Of a DNA stretch of 64,000 nucleotides, positions 47,097-60,400 are shown piece after piece. The notes beneath the pieces are model-generated. The model saw only the letters and a program-made list of their open reading frames with translations, made no database searches and was not told where the DNA came from. Where the stretch lies: NCBI GenBank assembly GCA_051942205.1, contig JAVECO010000039.1:62001-126000 (forward strand), in the 5' to 3' direction. Position 1 is the first letter of the stretch; every line of letters begins with the position of its first letter. The translations under genes were made by a program, and so were the position numbers. Source of the DNA: Coniocarpon cinnabarinum. Taxonomy: Eukaryota.

Positions 47097-48956
47097 ATGT
47101 AAGGCTCATGCAACGTCTGTGACATCGCAATGCTGACTGAGAGGAAGGGAGAGCTTCGAGAACATACATCTGGACTTTTCGGCGCAACCCGGCAAGTGTC
47201 GATTTGCAGACTCAGGTTTTGCGTGGAAGCCAAATGGTGGAGGCGAAGCATTCACAGTCGACCGCGACAACTTGCAGCAAGCGTCGTGGAGTCGCGGTGC
47301 TCGGGGTTGCGAGCTTAAAATCTTAAGCAGAACTAATTCCGACGTCCACCAATTCGATGGCTTCAGTCAAGAAGTGAGTCGCGCAGCAATGGACCTTGTT
47401 TTGCGATGCTAAAGATGTGCAGGATTTTGACCGAATAGTTAAGGTCTTCAAGTCCAAGTACAGTCTCAGTGTCGACAGTCGCGAACACGCAATCCGAGGT
47501 TGGAATTGGGGCAAGGGAGACTTCACGAAAGCGGAGCTTTCCTTCACAATACAGAACAAGCCAGCGTTTGAGATACCTTACACAGAAATTGACAATACTC
47601 AGTTAGCTGGCAAAAACGAAGTGTCGGTCGAGTTCAAGGTGCCACGCACTGCTGACGATTCGGGCGCAAACGAGAGCCTTGGCGGTGCGTTCCCCACGGG
47701 GAAGAAGCTGGGAGGCGCTCGTGATCAATTGGTCGAAGCACGCTTCTACATTCCCGGTACAGCAGCTGTGAAAAAAGAAAAGCTGGAGAATGGAGACACC
47801 TCAGAGCACGAGGACGGCGAGCAAGATGACGTTGGAGACGAGAATGCCGCCCAAGTGTGGTTTGACACATTGATGGACAAAGCAGACATCGGTGAAGTTG
47901 CAGGCGACACGTTTGCAACATTCCAAGACGTGCTGCATCTCACACCAAGGTTCGTCCTGCTTTCCACCACAAGTGAAAACGTAGCTAATGCAAGGGTACA
48001 GAGGTCGTTTCGACATTGACATGTACGAGAGCTCGTTTCGATTGCGCGGCAAGACTTATGACTACAAGATCCAATACGAGAGCGCGAAGAAGTACTTCTT
48101 ATTACCAAAGACCGACGATGTGCACCAACTCATCGTCGTTGGCCTGGACCCGCCACTCAGGCAAGGCCAGACAAGGTACCCTTTCATTGTTATGCAGTTC
48201 AAGAAGAACGAAGATATTCAGCTTGATCTCAACTTAACGACCGACCAGCTCAATGACAAGTACAAGGATAAGCTACAGTCGTCCTATGATGGTCCAATTT
48301 GGCACGTTGTTACGAGTTTGTTCCGTGGTTTGGGATCAAAGAAAGTCATCCAGCCAGCCAAGGATTTCCAGAGCCGAAGTCAGCAAGCGGCGGTCAAGTG
48401 CTCGATCAAGGCCAACGAGGGTCATCTCTACTGCATGGACAAGAGCTTCCTCTTTGTGCCCAAGCCGGCCACATACATCTCTCGTGATAAAATCAAGTTG
48501 ATTACAATGTCCCGTGTGGGAGGAGCTGTGTCAGCTAGTAGGACTTTTGACATCAACTTCTCCCTTAAGACCGGCGAAGAATTGCAATTTAGTAACATCA
48601 ATCGAGAGGAGCAGCAGCCATTGGAGGAATTTTTCAAATCACGGGACATCAAAGTTAGGAACGAGATGGCTGAGGAATCCATGATGGCAAAGACGCTGAA
48701 GGAGGCTCAGGAATCGTCAGATGAAGAAGTGGCGGGTGCCGATCGCGGTAGCGCCGATGAAGATTCGGAAGAAGAAGACGAGGATTTCAAAGACGAGGAC
48801 GAATCTGATGTTGCGGAAGAATTCGATTCGAATGTGGGAAGTAGCTCAAGTGCAGGCAGCGATGCGGAGATGGAAGACGCAGACGGTGATGCGGACGAGG
48901 GTGAAGACACCGCAGCAAAAGTCGAGCGGCCCAAGAAGAAGCCAAAGACCAAATGA
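47097..48956 (+). CDS. POB3: FACT complex subunit POB3/SSRP1; 4 exons
   Basis: ESFENIHLDFSAQPGKCRF..., REHAIRGWNWGK, HLTPR|GRFDIDMY, LRGKTYDYKIQY, LDPPLRQGQTRYPF, VKCSIKANEG, FSNINREEQ and an acidic tail. Confidence 0.97.
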
Positions 48957-49983
48957 TTGCGGCTTGGAAAGGACGTCCCTGCCGTCCTAGAGCCTCGAGA
49001 ACACGCTTAGTGTCGTAAGGCATGACAACGCATTGTATCGTCTAGCTATGCAACAGCGTCCAAGGAGCACGTCTGGAAGCCTCACCCTTTGAAGGCCAGC
49101 CAATCTCGCGAATGGTGACAGGATGTCAGAGAGAACCTAAGGGTCTTGCCACGCAAACTTCCGGGTGCATGGCCAACGAGGCTCTAGCATGGAGTCCTGC
49201 AGACGCCGTTCAACGGCAGGCAGGCCCCACCCAATAGTGTTGTAGCAGTAGGTAGATGTATGACTTGCTAGAGATCCAGAACGGCCGGCCTGAAACCACG
49301 GCTATCCAGACTTGCGAAGCCGCCGACTACCTAGGTCATCGTCACGCCCACGATAATCCTCGAATCGTCTTCAGAACTCGAGATGCATACATGTGTGGCT
49401 TGACAGTGGAGAGCAGTGCTCGATGCGGCGTTGGAACATGATGGCTCTTGCGCACACTCGTCGGGGTCTTGATCTCCTGCCCAGCTCGGTTCGCCGCATG
49501 CGAGCGTAGGAGGTGCGATGAACACCATCTCGCATTAGAGCCGGGCCAAAACATGTATTACCTGTAAGGAAGAGCACCAATCATGGACGGAGATTAAGGT
49601 TCGCCCCACCTCTGGTGCGGATTGCATGACTCCCTGCCCGATGCATGTCTTGTTCGGCTGTGATCGACTCCTGCTCCACGCTCAACTTCATGAACCGGAG
49701 ATCACTGCACGTCATCTCTCACTACTTCAAGCGCCGCCGCCGTCAACACCGTGTGAGCATGTTCATGATGCTGTAACAATATACATATCACGGGACCAGA
49801 CGCTCTCAAAATTACCAGCAGGGGTCACATCCCAACGTTCTTCCCACCACCTGAAAACTCTTTTTCGCCAGACTGCCCCATTGCAATACAAAGCGTCCAA
49901 TGCATGTTATAAGCCCATGTCTCAGATTCCATAGTGAACATGGTTTGCCTTTCCCGTCCGAGCCGTAGAGCCTCGTCCACAGC

Positions 49984-51981
49984 ATGCTTCCCTCGGGTTC
50001 GGCTACCGCCATAAGTTCGTCTCCAGCGACAACAGCACCCAAACGCGCGTGTGATGCCTGTATGTCCCCAATTGCGTTACATATTTGCACACAGAGTTGA
50101 CAGCAGAATAGGTCATCGACGCAAGATAAAATGCCTGCAGTCCGCTGATGCACATAAGCCCTGCCGGAATTGCACGCAAAGCAACCTCAAGTGCACTTAC
50201 AATGCGATTCCTCAGAAGGTAGGTGATTACAACACTCCCATTCGAAGGTGGCTAAAATTGCGTCTAGAAAGGCCCAAAGGGATCTAGAGCCAAGGTGATT
50301 TCGGAACTGAGGGAGAGTCAGCGATCTCGTCTTGAGGATGGATATCTGTCATCGCCACCAACGTCTTCCCTGTTTTCGCGCAGTCCGGGATCTTTGCCAC
50401 TACCATTGATAGAAGCATGCATGGATTACTTCTTCTCGCACATCTACCCGACGCAACCTATACTGCACGAACCATCGCTGCGGCAGAGCATCGCAAACAT
50501 GTATCAGTCGCAGGAGGCCTTCGTCTTTGTCGAGGCTTTAGTTGCATACGTGAGTGGTACATCCCAGTGCATCCGTTCGAGGTGTCTGAATGGCACCACT
50601 GATTTCTTTAAATTTTTAGATGTGCATTCAACCCAACATGAACTTACCGGCAGATGTTTTGCCAGCTCAATACGCCGACTCGACGACAGAATTAGGCAAG
50701 CATCTGTTGTACGATGCACTGGACTTGCGCAAGTCCTTCAGCTACTTTGAAACCCCCAGCTTTACTTCTGTGACGACCTCGTTTTTCTTCTTCGGCTGTT
50801 ACTTTTGCCTCGAGAGACATAATTCGGCGTGGTTCCACCTCAGAGAAGCGACGACCATGGCAATCATCATGGGAATGCACAAAGAGAGTGATTATATGGG
50901 CGGTGATGCGGTTGCTAATATGTTCAAGCGAAGACTTTTCTGGTTGCTTTTCGTAACTGAGAGGTAAGAAGCTGAGATTGGCTTGCTAAGACAACAACTG
51001 TACTCATTGGTTGCAGAGCATACGCACTTCAGACGCAAAAACCCTTGACGTTGCATGCAACCATCGAGCAGCCAAGCGTAAGCGAAAGTCCACAAGAAGC
51101 TACCAAATTGCAAGGATTTCTGCACCTGATAAAGCTGTTTAAGCCGTTTGACGACACTTTTGTAGGACTCTGGAATCAATCCTTGAACAGGTGCGATCCT
51201 GATTGGATTCTGTCGCTGCAGCAGCAACTTGACGAAGCACTTCCGAAGTATCTCAACAGTACAGAAACTCAAACAGTCGACCTCAGGACGTCCCAACAAT
51301 GGCTGAAAATCATGGTTTGGCAACTTTCCACCAGTCAAAAATTGTTATCATCGAAAGCCAAGCAATCAGCTCTGACCCTGAAGTTTCCGATCGAGCTATC
51401 TCGGACGATGGTGGCAGATGCTAGACAATACCAAAGGGAGTCAATGGAAGTCCATGGCATCGGACTGATAAAAAAGGTATGATTCTTATACGTGTAGCCT
51501 TTTGCGTGTCTGACCTTGCTAGATGTTCGATGTGGCTTGCTCGCTGGTTGATGTAATGACATGTGTACAACCAGCGCAATCAAGCTTCGAAATTGGTCCG
51601 AGGGAGTACCTCACCCAATTCATCAATATCATGTCAGGACTTCGCGGTGGTACCGATCGCTACACGCCATTACTGATAGAAAAGGCCAATGAGAGCCTTC
51701 CACAACTTCAGTCTCTTGCCGAGCCTCTGGTATATACCCCATCGACCACTCCAGGCTTTGTAAGCGAAAATCCGGACTTCGATGAGTCGCAGGCTTCGAC
51801 TTCAGGGGATTCTGATGTCATTACCAACTCACCCGGGATCTTTTCAGCGCCCACTTCGGAAGCGGGCGAATCGATCATAAATTCTACCCTCCCAACTTTC
51901 ACGCAAGCAGACGTATTCAGGCCAACACCGGTGTTACCCCCGTTCACCACTGCCCCAACCTCGAATCCATTCGGCGGTTGA
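49984..51981 (+). CDS. Zn(II)2Cys6 transcription factor, sugar-utilisation regulator type (COL-26/BglR/InuR/SUC1-like); ~6 exons
   Basis: Spliced KRACDACHRRKIKCLQSADAHKPCRNCTQSNLKCTYNAIPQKKGPKGSRAKVISELRE; middle region SFFFFGCYFCLERHNSAWFHLREATT...RRLFWLLFVTER...QQWLKIMVWQL...SMEVHGIGL. Confidence 0.9.
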
Positions 51982-51996
51982 AAAAAAAAAACGGCC

Positions 51997-53555
51997 TCAA
52001 CCTCGTCCAGTGACCTGTAAAACGCGATTGAAACTCAGTTCCGCGACGACACCGTCAGGCACGAGCAGCTCCTCAACAGCTTCTTTTAGAACTTGCTGTG
52101 CAACTGACGTCGAAGTGGCGCGCTGCGTTAGCCGTTCTAACGACTCCATGTCAGACGTCAACATGAACGCAGCGAGCGCTTCTTTGATGAGAGCATGACT
52201 AAGCTCATCGCCCTTGGTAGCCTGCAAAACTCCTATCACACCGCGATAATATTTGCCGGCATTTTGAAGAAGGGTTTCGCGGGCTGAGACAGACTTGAGA
52301 TTGTGGGGGAGTCCGTCATCGAAAGTTAAGCGGTGACGGAACAATTCCAGATCACCACGAAGCATGTGGATTGCGTTCATGTCCCGTTTCTTCGATGACT
52401 GAGCAGCTTCAGCGAGGAGCTCTAACGCTTTGCTGGTCCTGTTCCACCGCAGAAGTGCAGCATCAGAGTGTCCTTCAGCAGCAGTGACAAGGTCAAGCAG
52501 CGCCTCAGCAAATGAGGAACGCGCATCTACGCTTTCCGAGGTCACCAAAGATGCAAAGGCTACTTTCAACCTCTGATCGTATTCTTTGAGCGCGATGGTG
52601 CCCGAGTGATAGGCAGCTTCAAGCATAGCAGCTTTTAACTTCGCGTCGGCAAGCAAGAACTCTGTTTGCATGTCCTCATCAACGTTCAAGTTCAAGGACT
52701 CAAGCCTTGTGCGACACTTGTCACCAGCTTCTTCGACTGAACCCAATGCGTCGATGCGATCGCTAGGCAAGGCTTTGCTCAGCACGGCTAGTGTGTCGAA
52801 AATGGCCGTTGCTGTCTCCAACAGAGTTGCGTCCGTGGTCGGCTCTTCGATTCGTGCCCATTCGCTCGTGTCGTGCTCGCTAGTTGGCGTTGCAGGCTCG
52901 TCAAAACTCTCTCCAGACCCCGGCAGTTCGCGATGGACATTTTCACCTTGCTTAGCGAAACCCACGCGCGCTTCTTGTAAGGCATCCGATTGCAAGTTCA
53001 AGCAGGCCTGCAGATGCGTTACGGATTCTTCAAGCAAAGCAATCGTTTCGGATTGACGATCATCATTTAGGTTGTCGGCAAGCGCAGACAATACTTGTGC
53101 CGTATTGAACAACACGTCCGCATTCTCTGGCGCGAGTTTCAAAGCAAGCCGGTGCGCTTCCAGGGCGTTGGCGAGCGCCTCTGGCAGTGGCACCGGCAAC
53201 AGCCTGCGCAAACCAGCATGCTGGGTCACGGTGAACAGGATTCGCGCTCTACAGTCACGAAAATTGCATCAGCATAATTTGCACCGTGGATGCATCGCAG
53301 GCACGGCGAGCGGGCGCCGTGTACATACTTGTTGTAGGCGACGTCGAAATTCTCCGGCCACAGCGCCAAGGCCTGGTCGTAATTTTGGAGAGCCCGGTCG
53401 TAAAAGCGCAATCCCTTGACGGCATCTCCGGCGCGCCACTTCTCGGCAGCCTCTTCGTGCTCGACGCCGACCGCGAGATACTCGTCCGCGGTGTCGGGCT
53501 GCAGGATGCGGTGCTTCTTCTTCTTGGGCGGGGGCAGGCGCGTGCGTGAAGCCAT
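51997..53555 (-). CDS. TPR-like helical repeat protein; 2 exons
   Basis: TADEYLAVGVEHEEAAEKWRAGDAVKGLRFYDRALQNYDQAL...FDVAYNK|ARILF...AHRLALKLAPENADVLFNTAQVL. Confidence 0.85.
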
Positions 53556-54580
53556 TGGGCGTCTGGAACGAGAATGCTGTCGCTAGCGAGATTGTAGGAC
53601 GCGGTCGAATTTGGCAATATCGCACCCACGCACCAAGAAGCGCACGTGGCGCCGTTGGGGCAGAGGCGGCGTGTGACAGGCTGAGTCAAGCCGAGCGCCC
53701 GGAGAGACAGGGAGCAGCGGAGTGGGTATACGAGCACGCAAGGTCCTGCGAATGACGCATATTGGCGCACAGCCCGTGGCGACGCACGCACGTGTGCTGC
53801 GAGGGTGCGAGCGGGCACGCAGGCGTTGTCGACGGGGGAGCACCTTGCACGAGCGCTGCACGCGCGAAATGTGGTGGAGTGATGCAGTGAAAATCGGAAG
53901 ATTGAGAGGGAGCGGGGGAGCCGGGCGGCGGAGACGGCGTGCAAGGGTTAGACAGCACTAGCAAGGGGGAGAGAGGGTGGCTGCCACAAGGGGCAAGCCG
54001 TGAGGGCAGGGCAGGCGAGGCTCGGAGTCAGTGGGAGAGTCAGCGCGTCACCGAGTCAGCGAGCACATGACTTGAATGGCTCGGCAAGAAGACCGTGGCA
54101 CCGCGGGCGCTGACAGCCTTTCCACCTGTTGGCTGACCCTCCTCTGGCTTCACCTGCTCCACTCTCGTCCACTCTTTTTCCTATAATTGCCCAACTCGGC
54201 TTCCACCGTTGCCCTCCTCGTCCACATCGGTGCAGGCACGACTTGACTTCCTGTCAACGAGACACGTGAAGCCTGCTCAGCGTGCACGACTGCTGCGGTG
54301 TACACGGCCCAGAGCGCAACACGCCGTCTGAGAGCCGCTGAGCAAAGACCACCACATTCCCGATTCCTTCTCTGGTAGCGGCTCGTGCCTCTCAATGCAA
54401 CAATCTCGTCCATCTCTCCCGTCTTACGCCGTGCTACCCTCTCATCCTTGAACTATTCTTTTCAACAATTCTTCCTCCGCCACAACATTCCTATGCTGAG
54501 CTATATCGTCGGCTGATGAGGGGAGTGTGCTACATCTCGCTGCTGGTCAGCACAGTCATCGCTTCCTATCTGTCCTAGCC

Positions 54581-56839
54581 ATGCCTCCACGAGAATCGTA
54601 CGATGCTCGTGACGCGACAGCCAGTCCTTCGCTTGACGCTCCGGCGCTCAACATCTTCATACCCAGCTGCAGACGTACTCGAGACGAGCAGGCTCCGCCA
54701 AACAGAGATCGAGAACGATCACGAAACAGAACTTCAAGGGCACGCCGCCAACACCGTCGCATCACCGGTTATCACAACTTCTTCGATGAGCTTGCGCCTC
54801 CCGACTATGACATCTGTGCCGGTCCGTCTCCTCCAGCTGTGACCGCTCCGCCTCCAGAGTACGAGTGCTCTGTGGAAGCATCAGACGTCGTGGAGATTGT
54901 GTGGGAACGAACGTCGCCATTCCACCCCGTGCAAGTGGCGTCTTGGCAGAACGTGCACATTGCGTTGAGAGGCACGCTGCTGCAAGTGTCGAATGCGAAA
55001 ACACATGGCCTCCTGACGCCCGCTTGGAAACGGGGCCAACCAACCGGAGAGCCAGGCCGTAAAATCAAGAGCTACACTCTGCAACATGCCGAGATAGGAC
55101 TTGCCTCGGACCATAGGCGCGTTGAGATGGTGCCCAAAAGTCCCATCGCGCAGCTTCTTCCAGAGTCGGCGTTAAAACAGCTGCAAGTGTCCGACCCGTC
55201 GCAATTCGACATCGTGTACAATTACATTGCCAGACTACGCGTCGAGAGCGAACAGATACTGCTGCGATTTCAGAGCAATGAGCAAAGGATGACGTGGATC
55301 GAGAAGATATGCGCGGCCATCGACATTGCGCCTCCCCTCGAAGCTCGGGGCGAGCCAAAGAATTTCACGCTGCCGCGTCGAAGGAGGAGACAGGAGGCAC
55401 CTCGCATTGTCATCAGGACGAACAACACGCATGCTTCAGCGTCAACGAGTCTAGTGGCTGAGCAAGAGCGCATATTAAGACAGCATTACCCACATCTGCT
55501 TTCCGGCGTACAGCCAGACGCCCAAGAGCACCGGTCGAGTCCCACAGACAGTCCAGACACCCCGCAAGACAACGATGATGATGAGAGCCGACAAGATGAG
55601 GGACAGCAGCAAGAGCCGGACAACGAACCCGATCCTGACTATCAAGACCTCGATCTCGCTTTCATGCGCGATCCAATGGCGGAGAACGATCCCGAGGACG
55701 AAGAGCGTCACTTGAGCCAGATGTCCAACATATTCTCTTCTATTGGACAAAGAGAAGCTGTTGAGCGTCAATCAGCAACAACAGGCAATGACATGGATTT
55801 CTCTGGCCCTGTTGTGCTACACGGCGAATCTCCACGCCTCAGCAATCTTTCTTTTGATCAATTGGGTGTGGGTTTGTATCATGGCCACAATCAATCAGTC
55901 GCGAATTTCTCGACGCAGGAGCATCGCAAGTCAGCTCCACGGTCCAGTCGCCGCGATGCGCTTCGAGACGCCCGTTATCGCCGGCGATGCATGCCCATGT
56001 TGGTTCACAATTCTCGCTATGCATCCAACGTAATCATGCACAAAGGGAAGCGAAAAGTGATAGACTGGCACAACAAGAAGCTAGTGCCATGGCCTGCTGA
56101 GCCACCAAGCTACCAGAAAGTTTTGTACAGCAATGCCTCAATGGAGCCATCCAATCGGAAATGTGAGCAGCCCGTTGATGCCGAAAGCAGAGACAATCTG
56201 CCTCCGGGAGCTGCAAATGCAGTGCTTCGATTTCGAAATCTACTTCGAAGGCAAGTGAGCTCTGTCGAAATGGCGCGCGAACCAATGAGCATTCACAGTG
56301 CGGGCTTCAGGACGACTGAAAATTTGCCCCGCAGCAGCGAACGCGTGGAGACGCCACCGTCTGCCACCAGAGATGCCAATGTTCAAAATTGTGATCAGGA
56401 TTCGCCAATTGATCCAGCTTTTTTTGGCCATGCCTTTCCTACTTCGAGGACCAACCCCACGTGTCAAGAACCTTTGGAATCTACCCCTTCAATCACAGTC
56501 ACTACTGCCAACAACCATACTGGCTACACATCCGGTAGCGATGATCAAGCTTCAAAGAGCCCCGCAGTATCCTTTGATGATCCAAATGTCAAGGCAAAGG
56601 CAAATAACAATACTTTTGGTCGCAGATTGCGCGAAAAGTTTGGACGACGATTTACCAATAATGACAACAGCGCTCGGGATCGAGACAATGGCAAACGTCC
56701 CCAGACTCGAATGCAATCGAGAGCTGAGTCGCGCGCTACAGATTGCTTTGACGAAGGCATTGAAGACAAAACTGCGCCCAGTCGGTTTCCTAGGCTACGC
56801 ACGGTGAGCAGTATGGACATTATGCGGAGCAGGTTCTAG
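54581..56839 (+). CDS. PH-domain protein with PY motifs (YHR131C-like)
   Basis: PPPEYECSV...ERTSPF...SWQNVHIALRGTLL...SYTLQHAEIGLASD...RLRVESEQILL...WIEKICAAIDIAPPLEAR...TLPRRRRR. Confidence 0.85.
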   Translation: MPPRESYDARDATASPSLDAPALNIFIPSCRRTRDEQAPPNRDRERSRNRTSRARRQHRRITGYHNFFDELAPPDYDICAGPSPPAVTAPPPEYECSVEASDVVEIVWERTSPFHPVQVASWQNVHIALRGTLLQVSNAKTHGLLTPAWKRGQPTGEPGRKIKSYTLQHAEIGLASDHRRVEMVPKSPIAQLLPESALKQLQVSDPSQFDIVYNYIARLRVESEQILLRFQSNEQRMTWIEKICAAIDIAPPLEARGEPKNFTLPRRRRRQEAPRIVIRTNNTHASASTSLVAEQERILRQHYPHLLSGVQPDAQEHRSSPTDSPDTPQDNDDDESRQDEGQQQEPDNEPDPDYQDLDLAFMRDPMAENDPEDEERHLSQMSNIFSSIGQREAVERQSATTGNDMDFSGPVVLHGESPRLSNLSFDQLGVGLYHGHNQSVANFSTQEHRKSAPRSSRRDALRDARYRRRCMPMLVHNSRYASNVIMHKGKRKVIDWHNKKLVPWPAEPPSYQKVLYSNASMEPSNRKCEQPVDAESRDNLPPGAANAVLRFRNLLRRQVSSVEMAREPMSIHSAGFRTTENLPRSSERVETPPSATRDANVQNCDQDSPIDPAFFGHAFPTSRTNPTCQEPLESTPSITVTTANNHTGYTSGSDDQASKSPAVSFDDPNVKAKANNNTFGRRLREKFGRRFTNNDNSARDRDNGKRPQTRMQSRAESRATDCFDEGIEDKTAPSRFPRLRTVSSMDIMRSRF

Positions 56840-57435
56840 GACAGCTTGACGACCAAGGCCATATGGGTAGGTGTTGGAAGGTGAAAGTCTTCTGAAGAGG
56901 ACATGGACCATGACGTTACGCCACTCCTCTTGGTTCCAACAAAAGGGTCGGACAGGAAGAATTGGCGAGATAATGTGTATAATGACCGTCATGAGATACC
57001 CAGCCGTAGCAATGTAGATCAACCTATAATACTACGTCAATCAACAATCCTCAACTCATTCGCCCAAACTTGATGTGCTTTGCCACCGTGGCCACTGACT
57101 ATACGTAGGCGGTCTGAGTTGATAGTAAAGTCCGACATCTTTACCCTGTCCGTTTCGTATGGAAACTCACTCAAGAAGGAACGCGTTGCTATTCCTCAAT
57201 AAGCAGTACCACGGAACCCTTTCAGACGTCACGACGACAATGTATAATGTTGAAGCTGTTCATTGTATTGGGACATGAGTCGGAATATCACGTGACATAT
57301 AAAGGACAGCGTATCAAGGCTGCGGTCCAACCATGAGCCATATCGTCCATTGAACTCCTTTGCTGATCCAGTGATGCTGTTAAATCCCTAAGAACGACTC
57401 TAGTCATTTCGTTCGGCTTTCAGACGTGATCGGAA

Positions 57436-60400
57436 ATGGCTTTGCTGCACAATGAAGAGTAAGTCCGACCTGCTCGTTCGCAACCAAGCCATAGAGTACA
57501 CTATCTTCCTGTTCCGCAAGCTTGACCGCGATACTATGGCCCATTCTCACCATGAATAAAATAGCTAAAAAGCGCTTGTAGCTTCATCATATACCAGCTG
57601 CGTACTTCTTATCTCACGCACATACAGGATGGTATTGGTGAACGGCTGATCAACGTCGATGCGTCCGTTCTCAATGATCCGGCCTTTCGCGCTGCAGGAT
57701 GGGTACCTGATACCGCGGCGATTAAGCGGACTTATTCGCCACCCATACCGACATCTAGTGCTTCCGATTATTTCCAAGCACCACCCAACTCCGCGGGCTT
57801 GCCCGGTACCCCTGGGCTTGGGGAGGAAGACGATGATGGCACGGGTGTTGCTAGTGGGCCTGGCACGAAAGACAGTAATGATACGGTAGGTCCAGCTCCC
57901 ATCGGCGGACGTAAGAACAGGCGGAGAAAGGAGCAGCTACGCGAGAAAGAAGACGACAGCAGTGACTTGAGCGATGAGACCGACGATGAAGATGCAGAAT
58001 CTATGGCGGCCTCGCAACGACCAACGCACCAAATAAGATTTGCGAAGATGCCTGTACGAGGCCGCGCCGATTCCAGTCCGCCCAGAGCAAGGCAGAGAGC
58101 AGCTTCGTCTCCGGAACGCGCTGGAAGCGAAGGTGAGCAACGTGACGGGGGACCCAGCGTTATGGTGACGAGCCCGTCCCGGCCACCGGAGCGCAACTGG
58201 TCAAAAAGAGAGAACTGGGGCGCTGCGCAGTCTATGAGGCCTACAAGGCCTCGTCGGGACACGACGACAAGCAGTGAGGTCTCGAGCGAAGGCGATTCTC
58301 TCGATCCCAGTGTCTTCAAGAAAAGCTCCATCCGCCGACCTGGAGCCAGACGACCTGCACACAAGCTCAGCGACGAGCGGATTGCAGAAGAAGTGCATGA
58401 GGGACTCGAAGACAGCACGAGACCCAGTACCGCCGCCTCCGAAGACGCCCATAAGAGTGAGATGTCCGGCCCATCGCAGGAAGGACCGTCTGACGATGAC
58501 GACGTTTCTGACGATGTCTCGCTTGCTTCGTCTGGTTTCTCAGACGAGGAAAACTCTCTCCTTGAAGGCATGGCTCCAATTGGGACGTCACCCTTAGGAC
58601 CTGCTTTGGCGAAGTCTCCTCTGAAACAGACGCCCTCACCACGAAAAAACAAGTCCAACTCGAATCCTGACAGACCCGAATTACAAGAGCTTCCACCACC
58701 CAGACCCATCAGCACGGTTCAGCCTGTCAGTGCGCTCGCCGCTCAACTCAAGGCTCAGAACAGGAAGCCTGGGAACATATTTGAGCGTTTTGCGCCGGTC
58801 GATGGAACGGATGCGTCTGATCCGCTACACATTAAGATTTACGTGCCTTCGTCGACAAACTCCGACGAGGCGATGGAGCTCGAGATTCGAAGAACGTTGA
58901 ACAATGGCGAGCCGGTGCCTGTGGGTGACGCGATTGGCTTTGCGTTGCTCAAGTACGGCGAGCACGACCTGCAGCCGAAGATTCAAGGCCTCAAAGCCAA
59001 CGTCAATAAATGGACTTTCCGGATAATGGATGACGGCGAAGTCGACGACGATTTTCCCCCGCTGGGTCGCACCAAAGCCCTCGTCGCCTTTGCCAACAAC
59101 AACACTCGCCCTGCACGTGGCCGGGCTCGAGGCAAGCCATGGGACGAATTCGGCCTCGTCGAAGCCACGGCGGAGCAATTTCGAGAAAACGAGCGTGAGA
59201 CGCCTGGCTACACCCAGGAGGCCAAAGCCGCTCAAGCATCGACTCCATCCGCAGAGCCAGCATTGCCGACACGATCTACAGAAGCCTTTGAACCCTTTGC
59301 ATCACCTGCGAACACCGCCACTGCAGCTTCTTCTGTCGTGACGGCACAACAGACGTCGCGCCCACCTTCGTACTCCAACCCCTCTGCTCAAGTTCGCCCT
59401 TCTGGACCCGTCCGCCAACCCTCTAACTCTGACCCTCCGCCACCTCGCTCGTCCTCCTTTGCAGCGTCCGCGGCCATGACCGGTCGACCGCCCAACAGTC
59501 GCCAAGCTACAAATCCGATGCCCGTCAGCAATAGACCCATTGGTCCCCTCCCTTTCGTCCGCACCAAGACCACCACACCAATGGACATGCCCACTATGCC
59601 CGCCGCACCCACAATGGCTGAACGCTCCGGCGCACCACGCACGCTCAACGTCCATTTCACGACCCCCGACGTCCAAACTATGACCATCACCCTCGACGTG
59701 ACGACCGACACGTACATCTCCGAAGTCTTCGACACGGCCACATCCCGCCTCCAACTCGACAAAGGCAACTACGTCCTCCGCGTCACCGGCACCTCCACCG
59801 TCGCACCCTCCGACCGCACCGTCGAAGCTCTAGGCCCAGAAAGACGGGACCTCGATCTCACGCGCCGTCGGTTCATCTCCGAAGGTCCCATTGGCCTCGC
59901 CGGCTCCCCTGGCTCCACATCCCCCAATGCCCCGCTCCTTCTTACAACCACCGGCACCCCTACAAAGGGCACGAAAACCCGTCATCATAAACGGAAAGAC
60001 GGCGACACCGGCTTCGCGGGCGGCTTCGCAGCCGGCTTCCACGGCTTCACGACAACCCATCCATTAGCAACGACGTCCGACCTCCTCGGCCCGGCCGCCA
60101 TGGCGAACTCGTCCTACCGTCGCTGGAACGTCACCCGTCGCCAGCCCATGAGCTTCACCGCCTCCGCGCCCCGCGTCCTCGCCGTCGACGCCGAGAACCT
60201 CTACATCTCCCCGCCCGAGGGCAAGCGCTACGGCGGCAACACCACCGCCGCCGGCGCCGACGACAAGACGCGCATCGTGGCTTTCGGCGCGGTCACCGGC
60301 GTCAAGGTCCTCCGGAAGCATCCGCGCAGTTTCCGGATCGTCGTCTTCCGTGAGGTCGGCAAGGAGCAGAAGCGGTATGATTTTGAGGCGGGGTCGAGCG

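Noticed and set aside
56828..56839. C-terminal SRF of the PH protein as a PTS1
   Set aside because: Weak variant that does not fit a PH/PY protein; only the PEX8 AKL is credible
57768..58715. Long antisense ORFs (also 37629-38564, 30068-30778, 36724-37350)
   Set aside because: Shadow frames of well-supported genes on the opposite strand, with no recognisable domains
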